From positions 1-12,443 of the forward strand of contig JBGAOA010000055.1 in assembly GCA_044222065.1 (NCBI GenBank): 12,443 nt of DNA, given 5' to 3'. A model generated the notes under the pieces. That model was given only the letters and a program-made list of their open reading frames with translations, searched no databases and was not told the origin of the DNA. The position numbers and the translations under genes are program-made. This stretch comes from Candidatus Eiseniibacteriota bacterium. GTDB lineage: Bacteria > Eisenbacteria > RBG-16-71-46. The stretch's first letter is position 1; every line of letters starts with the position of its first letter. Shown here piece by piece: positions 9,001-12,443 of the stretch.

Positions 9001-9355
9001 GTCGGCGCCGGGCGAGACCGGCCCGATGCGGACCGAGGCGCGCCGCATCGACGCCGCGCTGCGCGACATCTCCGAGAAGCTCGACGGCGACCCCGTGATC
9101 CGCGGCCGCAACGAGCCGACGCCGCCGTCGCTGTCCGAGCGCGTCGCGCGCGTGGTCGGCGGTCACTGGTTCACGACGCAGGGGCCGACGCGCTCGCACG
9201 AGCGCGCGATCGAGATCGCGAGCGCCGACTTCGCGAACCTGCTGCCGGCGCTGCGGGCGCTCGTCGGCGACGACCTCGTGCGGCTCGAGCGTCGCGCCGA
9301 GGAGGCCGGCGTGCCGTGGACTCCGGGCCGCGTCCCGGACTGGCGCCCCGAGTAG
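6050..9355 (+). CDS. secreted VPS10/sortilin-like BNR (Asp-box) repeat beta-propeller protein, usually annotated as a glycosyl hydrolase (1101 aa)
   Basis: AAGGAG at 6034-6039 precedes ATG 6050, followed by a signal peptide and RNLGPALTSGRI. About 11 Asp-box-like motifs occur (e.g. KSTDGGKTW, KTKDGGATW, KSVDGGEHW, RSDDRGDSW, RSADRGRTW), plus YGGTQDN and GTFGRG. The C-terminus has an Ig-like region (GFHRVTWDLR...VVPGRY) and a helical tail. Confidence 0.9.
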   Translation: MRSRSARRATVLALALLALARPSLAATKPAAASKASDARFKSETFSGLALRNLGPALTSGRITDFALHPSDPHTWYVVAASGGVWKTRNEGTTWTPIFDSQGSYSIGCIAIDPKRPFTVWVGTGEKNSQRSVGYGDGVYKSTDGGKTWKKSGLENSEHVGEILIHPNDPNTVFVAAQGPLWTPGGDRGLYKTKDGGATWRRVLEVDEWTGVSDLAMDPRDPDVLYATSYQRARRVWTLIDGGPGSAIWKSVDGGEHWTKIVSGLPKAQLGRIGIAVSPANPDVVYAIVEAQNREGGTYRSVDGGANWEKRSDYVSSSPQYYQQLVADPKDPDRLYSLDTFLQVSEDGGKTFRRAGEKSKHVDNHVMWIDPANTDHLIVGCDGGLYESFDRAQTWRYTANLPITQFYKICVDDDEPFYNVYGGTQDNNTQGGPSRTRNSSGIVNSDWFVTLGGDGFQPRVDPTDPNVVYSQFQHGELVRFDRRTGERVDIQPQPEPGEDGSRWNWDSPLIVSPHSHTRLYFASQRLYRSDDRGDSWRPVSGDLTRRLDRNRMEMMGRVWSVDAVAKNASTSFYGNCVALSESPKREGLLYVGADDGRVSVSEDGGAHWRAIDRFPGVPDLSYVSRLEASVNDENVVYAAFDNHKSGDFAPYVLRSADRGRTWTSIAGDLPKRGTVYALAEDPENPKLLFAGTEFGVFFTVDGGAHWAQLKGGMPTICVRDLALQAREHDLVVGTFGRGFYVLDDYSPLRVADESFLARPHALLPVRPALWYQPASPLGDGAKAQQGEAFYNADNPPFGATFTYYLREGLTTRKERRQKSEKETFEKGGNVYYPGWDTLRAEAREVAPAIVLTVTDEDGEVVRRVTGPVGEGFHRVTWDLRWPTPTPASLAPATRPDFGDDDSGPLVVPGRYRVQLAQRVDGVETALGDPVGFDVVPLEAPHAGVNAPAVLAFQRKTARLQRAVLGATRLTADARNRVALLLVAIESAPGETGPMRTEARRIDAALRDISEKLDGDPVIRGRNEPTPPSLSERVARVVGGHWFTTQGPTRSHERAIEIASADFANLLPALRALVGDDLVRLERRAEEAGVPWTPGRVPDWRPE

Positions 9356-9369
9356 AGGCGCCGAACGCC

Positions 9370-9400
9370 GCGGCCCCGGGAGCATGTCTCCCGGGGCCGC
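9370..9400. terminator. hairpin between convergent genes, likely bidirectional terminator
   Basis: Perfect 13-bp stem GCGGCCCCGGGAG / CTCCCGGGGCCGC with a 5-nt loop, extendable by CGAACGC/GCGTTCG (9362-9409). It lies between the stops at 9355 (+) and 9413 (-). Confidence 0.7.
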
Positions 9401-9412
9401 ATGCGTTCGCGG

Positions 9413-10204
9413 TCAGGCCGCGCGGCGCAGGAGCGCGCGCAGCTCGGGCTCGACGCGCGCGAGCTCGGCTCGCAGTTCCGCGTGCGCCGCGAACGCCTCG
9501 TCGAGGCGCGTGCTGCGCGCGATCATCTCGAGCTTCCGCGCGCAGTCGGCGGCGGGCATCGCGGCCATCGTCAGCAGCACGCCCTTGAACCCGTGCGCCG
9601 CGCGCGCGACGGCGGCGGCGTCCCGGTGCGCGAGCGCCTCCGCGATCGTCTGTTCCTGGCGCGGCTGTTCGGCGAGGAACGTCTCGACCAGGTCGTGCAG
9701 CATCGCCTCGTCGCCCTCGACGCTCGCGAGCAGCCGCGCGGCGTCCACGGCGCCGGAGCGGCGCGGTTCGTCCGCGGGCTTCGCGAGGCGCTTCTGCGGG
9801 AGGAGCCGCTCGAGCGTCGAGAACAGTTCCGCCGCGGTGAGCGGCTTGGACACGAACGCATCCATGCCGGCCGCGAAGCAGCGGTCGCGGTCGCTCGACA
9901 GGGCGAGCGCGGTCAGCGCGACGATCGGGACGTGCTGCGCTCCGCCGCGTTCGCGCTCGCGGATCGCGCGCGTCGCCTCGAGGCCGCCCATCGTCGGCAT
10001 GTGCACGTCCATGAGGATCGCATCGAAGCGTTCACGCTCCCACGCGGACACGGCCTGAACGCCGTCCTCGACGACCACGACGTCGTGACCGCGCTTGCCG
10101 AGGAGCGCCACGGCGAGCTTCTGGTTGACGGGGTGGTCCTCGGCGAGCAGCACGCGCAGGGGCGCGAGCGTCGTCACGCAATTCGGGGGAAGCGAAGCGT
10201 CCAT
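9413..10204 (-). CDS. stand-alone response regulator receiver plus Hpt phosphotransfer protein (263 aa)
   Basis: The receiver is intact (LLAEDHPVN, ILMDVHMP, IVALTA, FVSKP) and the Hpt motif is AAHGFKG. The 5' extension of the track ORF to 10543 overlaps the neighbouring gene and looks non-coding, so ATG 10204 is preferred. Confidence 0.9.
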   Translation of the reverse strand: MDASLPPNCVTTLAPLRVLLAEDHPVNQKLAVALLGKRGHDVVVVEDGVQAVSAWERERFDAILMDVHMPTMGGLEATRAIRERERGGAQHVPIVALTALALSSDRDRCFAAGMDAFVSKPLTAAELFSTLERLLPQKRLAKPADEPRRSGAVDAARLLASVEGDEAMLHDLVETFLAEQPRQEQTIAEALAHRDAAAVARAAHGFKGVLLTMAAMPAADCARKLEMIARSTRLDEAFAAHAELRAELARVEPELRALLRRAA

Positions 10205-10300
10205 GTCGCCTGTCGCACGATCGTCCGCCGGAGCGGAAACGGAGGAGCGGATTCGAGGGAGGATGGTGAGTCGTGGCGGCGGCCGAGCCACCCGAGGATG

Positions 10301-10328
10301 TTCTCGGCGCACGCGGGATCGGGCTTGA
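10301..10328 (-). promoter_or_regulatory. sigma28 (FliA/SigD)-type promoter upstream of the REC-Hpt gene
   Basis: Minus strand reads TCAAG-N15-GCCGAGAA, against a consensus of T(A/C)AAG-N14-GCCGATAA (spacer one nt longer). It is intergenic, about 97 nt upstream of ATG 10204. Confidence 0.55.
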
Positions 10329-10379
10329 GCGAATCGGGCGTTGTCGAATCCCGGCTCCTGCGCGTTTCGTGACGCGCGT

Positions 10380-10991
10380 TCACGCCGCGCGCTGCACTTC
10401 CGCGTCGCGTGCGCCGGCGAGCGCGAGTCGGTGCGCGACGGCGTCCGCGTACGCGCGCTCGAAATCGCGAGCGGCGCGCGCGGGAGGCGTGTCGCAACGG
10501 GCGCCGCGCGGCCGCTCGGCGAGCGCGCGCGCGTGCAGCGCACGCGGGTCCGAGCCCGGGACGTTCACCTGCTGGTGTCCGGGCAGCGGCTCGAGGCCGG
10601 TCGGCGGCAGCGACGAGAAGCACGACGTCGTGCCATCGTCGTATCGCGTCGAGAGCTCGAGCCACGCGCCGACGCCGGGGAATTCGATCCACGCCGCGCG
10701 CAGTCGCTCTTCGGGATGCACGAGCAACCGCAGTCGCACGCCGGGCAGCTCGCGCGCCTCGAACGCGCCGCAGTCGTGATAGCCCGCCTCGCGCAGCAGC
10801 GCGGCGCAGCGCTCGGCGTCGTCGCGGTCTCGGAACGCGCGCGCGACCGCGGGTCGCAGCGTGAGCCGGGCCGGGCGCCGGGGCAGGTCCGAGCCCCCGT
10901 CCGCGTGCGGCGAGGACGAGAGCGCGCGGCGCACGCACCAGCCCGCGAGCGCCACGATGGAGATCGCCGCGAGTGCGGCGTACGGCACCAC
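10380..10991 (-). CDS. hypothetical protein with a single N-terminal TM anchor (about 203 aa)
   Basis: GGAGG lies 7 nt upstream of GTG 10991. A hydrophobic segment (YAALAAISIVALAGWCV) is followed by RR and a globular alpha/beta-like region (AGYHDCGAF...LLVHP...GAWLELSTRYDDGT). The track start at 11042 overlaps the predicted promoter. Confidence 0.75.
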   Translation of the reverse strand: MVPYAALAAISIVALAGWCVRRALSSSPHADGGSDLPRRPARLTLRPAVARAFRDRDDAERCAALLREAGYHDCGAFEARELPGVRLRLLVHPEERLRAAWIEFPGVGAWLELSTRYDDGTTSCFSSLPPTGLEPLPGHQQVNVPGSDPRALHARALAERPRGARCDTPPARAARDFERAYADAVAHRLALAGARDAEVQRAA

Positions 10992-11032
10992 GAGGAAGCC
11001 TCCGGTACGGATGCGATGCGAGCCCCACACCG

Positions 11033-11060
11033 TCATCGGCATCCGGAGGCTGCGACTGAA
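11033..11060 (-). promoter_or_regulatory. sigma28-type promoter upstream of the membrane-anchored hypothetical gene
   Basis: Minus strand reads TTCAG-N15-GCCGATGA. The -10 element matches GCCGATAA at 7 of 8 positions; the -35 element is weaker. Confidence 0.5.
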
Positions 11061-11082
11061 GCGCGCCGGCGGCGCGCGGGAT

Positions 11083-11532
11083 TCAGGCGGCTTCGGCCTC
11101 GGGGGTGGCGTCGGCCTCGGCGTCGGAAGCCTCGTCTGCGGCCGTGCTCCCCGCGTCTCCCGCGTCCGCGCCCGCCTGCATCCAGTGCTTGACGCGCGCG
11201 CGCAGCTCGGTCGGCTCGTAGGGCACGAGCACGTAGTCGGAGGCGCCCGCCTCGATCGCGCGGCGGACGTCGGCGGCGCGGCGGCGCGCGCCGAGCACGA
11301 TCACGCGCGAGCCGCTCCACTCCGGGTTCTCGCGCAGCGCTCGCGTGAATTCGGGGGCGTCGAGGTGGGGCGGCGCCCAGGCCACGAGGACGATCTCGCT
11401 CGCGCCGTCCTCGAGCGCGAGCGTGCCCGCGAGGTCGGCGGCTTCGTGCTCGCCTTCCCAGCCGAGCGGGCGCAGCGTGGCCCGAACCGCGCTGCGCACC
11501 ATCGCGCTGGGCGCGACCACGTGCAGCTTCAT
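11083..11532 (-). CDS. CheY-like pseudo-receiver (atypical single-domain response regulator) with acidic tail (149 aa)
   Basis: The receiver fold pattern is clear (MKLHVV..S.MVR, EA, IVL..W..P.LD..EF...LR, VIVL, AIEAGASDYV..P), but the acidic pocket, phospho-Asp, Thr/Ser and Lys are all replaced. ATG 11532 is 7 nt after the flgM stop. Confidence 0.8.
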   Translation of the reverse strand: MKLHVVAPSAMVRSAVRATLRPLGWEGEHEAADLAGTLALEDGASEIVLVAWAPPHLDAPEFTRALRENPEWSGSRVIVLGARRRAADVRRAIEAGASDYVLVPYEPTELRARVKHWMQAGADAGDAGSTAADEASDAEADATPEAEAA

Positions 11533-11539
11533 CTCCCGC

Positions 11540-11860
11540 CTACGAGCTCTTGAGCTGCGGCGCGAGCGCCGTCGCGACGGTGTCGAGAGACTTCGGACTC
11601 TCGTAGACGCCGGACAGCATGTTGTCGAGGATCTCGCGCAGCCGTTCCGGCGGCAGCGGTCCGACGGGAACGGCACCGCTCGAGGCCGTTTCGATCACAG
11701 CCCGCGCGGCATCCGAGATCTCCACGCGGTCGCCACGCCCGTACTCGGGCTGCGGCGCGGGGGACGAGCTCTTGGACTCCGCGTCCTGCGGAGTCACGGA
11801 GGCGGATTCTCCCGAACGCGGGAGAGGTGCTGGGGTGATCTGTCGCGGATCGATCTTCAT
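11540..11860 (-). CDS. flgM: anti-sigma28 factor FlgM-like protein (106 aa)
   Basis: MKI start, a disordered Ser/Pro-rich N-terminal half, DRVEISDAA, and ERLREI...SGVY...VA..L match the FlgM C-terminal sigma-binding pattern. It has a sigma28 promoter upstream and flaF next to it. Confidence 0.75.
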   Translation of the reverse strand: MKIDPRQITPAPLPRSGESASVTPQDAESKSSSPAPQPEYGRGDRVEISDAARAVIETASSGAVPVGPLPPERLREILDNMLSGVYESPKSLDTVATALAPQLKSS

Positions 11861-11953
11861 GGCGCCTCACTTCGGCCTTCACCACGCTCCGGCACCGTGC
11901 CGGTCGCGGCATCCCCTGCCACCTCGGTGGAGGGTGATGGGGCTCGCGGAAGA

Positions 11954-11980
11954 GTCTCGGCGCGATCCGGGAAAGCTTTA
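11954..11980 (-). promoter_or_regulatory. sigma28 promoter of flgM
   Basis: Minus strand reads TAAA-N15-GCCGAGAC, with canonical spacing against TAAA-N15-GCCGATAA; the extended -35 is TAAAGCTT. TAAA is rare in this GC-rich DNA, and flgM is a classic sigma28 target. Confidence 0.8.
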
Positions 11981-12006
11981 GGGGGCGGCGTTGCGAAACG
12001 CCCGGA

Positions 12007-12402
12007 TCAGAATCCCGGGGTCGCGGGGGCCGGGCGCTCGGACAGCCCGAGCGCGAGTTCCCGGTTGAGCCGCACGAGCGGCTCGAGGCCGTCCGGGACG
12101 GGGTTCAGCCGGAGGTCGAACGTCCGGCGGTCCACGAACAGGCTCAGGCTCAGGAGGTTCGAACGGACGTCGGCCGGCAGCGGGTTCTCGGGCGCGGCCA
12201 GTTCGGCCTGGAGGAACGTCCAGAGGCGCTGGTTGTAGTCGAGCGCCTTGAGCAGGCGTCCGTCGGCCAGGGCCGAGGCCCAGTCGTTGCGGCAGCTCTC
12301 GAGCTGGCGCGCGGCCTTGAGCAGCGCCTGCGCTTCGAGATCCCGGCTCGAGCTGCTGGAGCGCGCGCCGCCCTCGTAAGCCGTCCGCGGGCTACGAAAC
12401 AC
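12007..12402 (-). CDS. flaF: flagellar biosynthesis regulator FlaF (131 aa; start uncertain because the frame is open to the window edge)
   Basis: AY...RDLEAQALLKAARQL, ALDYNQRLWTFLQAEL, ENPLPADVRSNLLSLSLFV and LVRLNRELALGL match the FlaF family pattern along the whole length. Confidence 0.9.
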   Translation of the reverse strand: MFRSPRTAYEGGARSSSSSRDLEAQALLKAARQLESCRNDWASALADGRLLKALDYNQRLWTFLQAELAAPENPLPADVRSNLLSLSLFVDRRTFDLRLNPVPDGLEPLVRLNRELALGLSERPAPATPGF

Positions 12403-12443
12403 GGCGGACCTGTTCGCTTCGATGGACGTGCACGCCGGGCTCC

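Noticed and set aside
5885..9385. 1166-aa minus-strand ORF, plus the 743-aa alternative plus-strand frame, over the VPS10 gene
   Set aside because: Arg/Ala/Gly-rich shadow frames caused by stop-codon scarcity at high GC; no motifs, while the sense frame has clear Asp-boxes.
10205..10543. 5' extension of the REC-Hpt ORF as a remnant kinase domain
   Set aside because: No H-box or N/G boxes; the region overlaps the neighbouring gene and contains a candidate promoter.
11861..11950. c-di-GMP riboswitch in the flgM leader
   Set aside because: I could not find the GNRA tetraloop/receptor or the conserved GEMM nucleotides; kept only as a generic structured leader.
1..12443. Mobile elements, tRNA/rRNA genes, defence systems
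   Set aside because: No transposase, integrase, nuclease or RNA-gene signatures and no terminal repeats were seen.

Overview
A very GC-rich bacterial window with about 12 real genes; most of the long ORFs in the supplied track are shadow frames. Left to right: (-) the 5' end of a DUF4301-family gene; (-) a polytopic membrane protein with C-terminal TPRs, split by a frameshift at a (GC)n tract; (-) an exported MsrB; (+) a small secreted post-PEP-CTERM-1-like protein coupled by an ATGA overlap to a secreted PA-domain zinc metallopeptidase with a FlgD-Ig/T9SS-like tail; (-) an SGNH/GDSL hydrolase whose stop is lost by an apparent 1-nt insertion; (+) an ~1100-aa VPS10/BNR-repeat beta-propeller protein. 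The right end is a (-) strand flagellar regulatory block: flaF, flgM, a non-phosphorylatable CheY-like receiver, a membrane-anchored hypothetical protein and a stand-alone REC-Hpt protein. This block is the most interesting part. It has three sigma28-type promoters in series, places FlaF next to FlgM, and three consecutive proteins end in Ala-Ala, a ClpXP-type degron. The FlgD-Ig-tailed peptidase and the GC content suggest an FCB-group lineage such as Ca. Eisenbacteria (inference only). Two apparent indels suggest possible sequencing or assembly error. All family calls come from motif recognition by eye; no database search was run.
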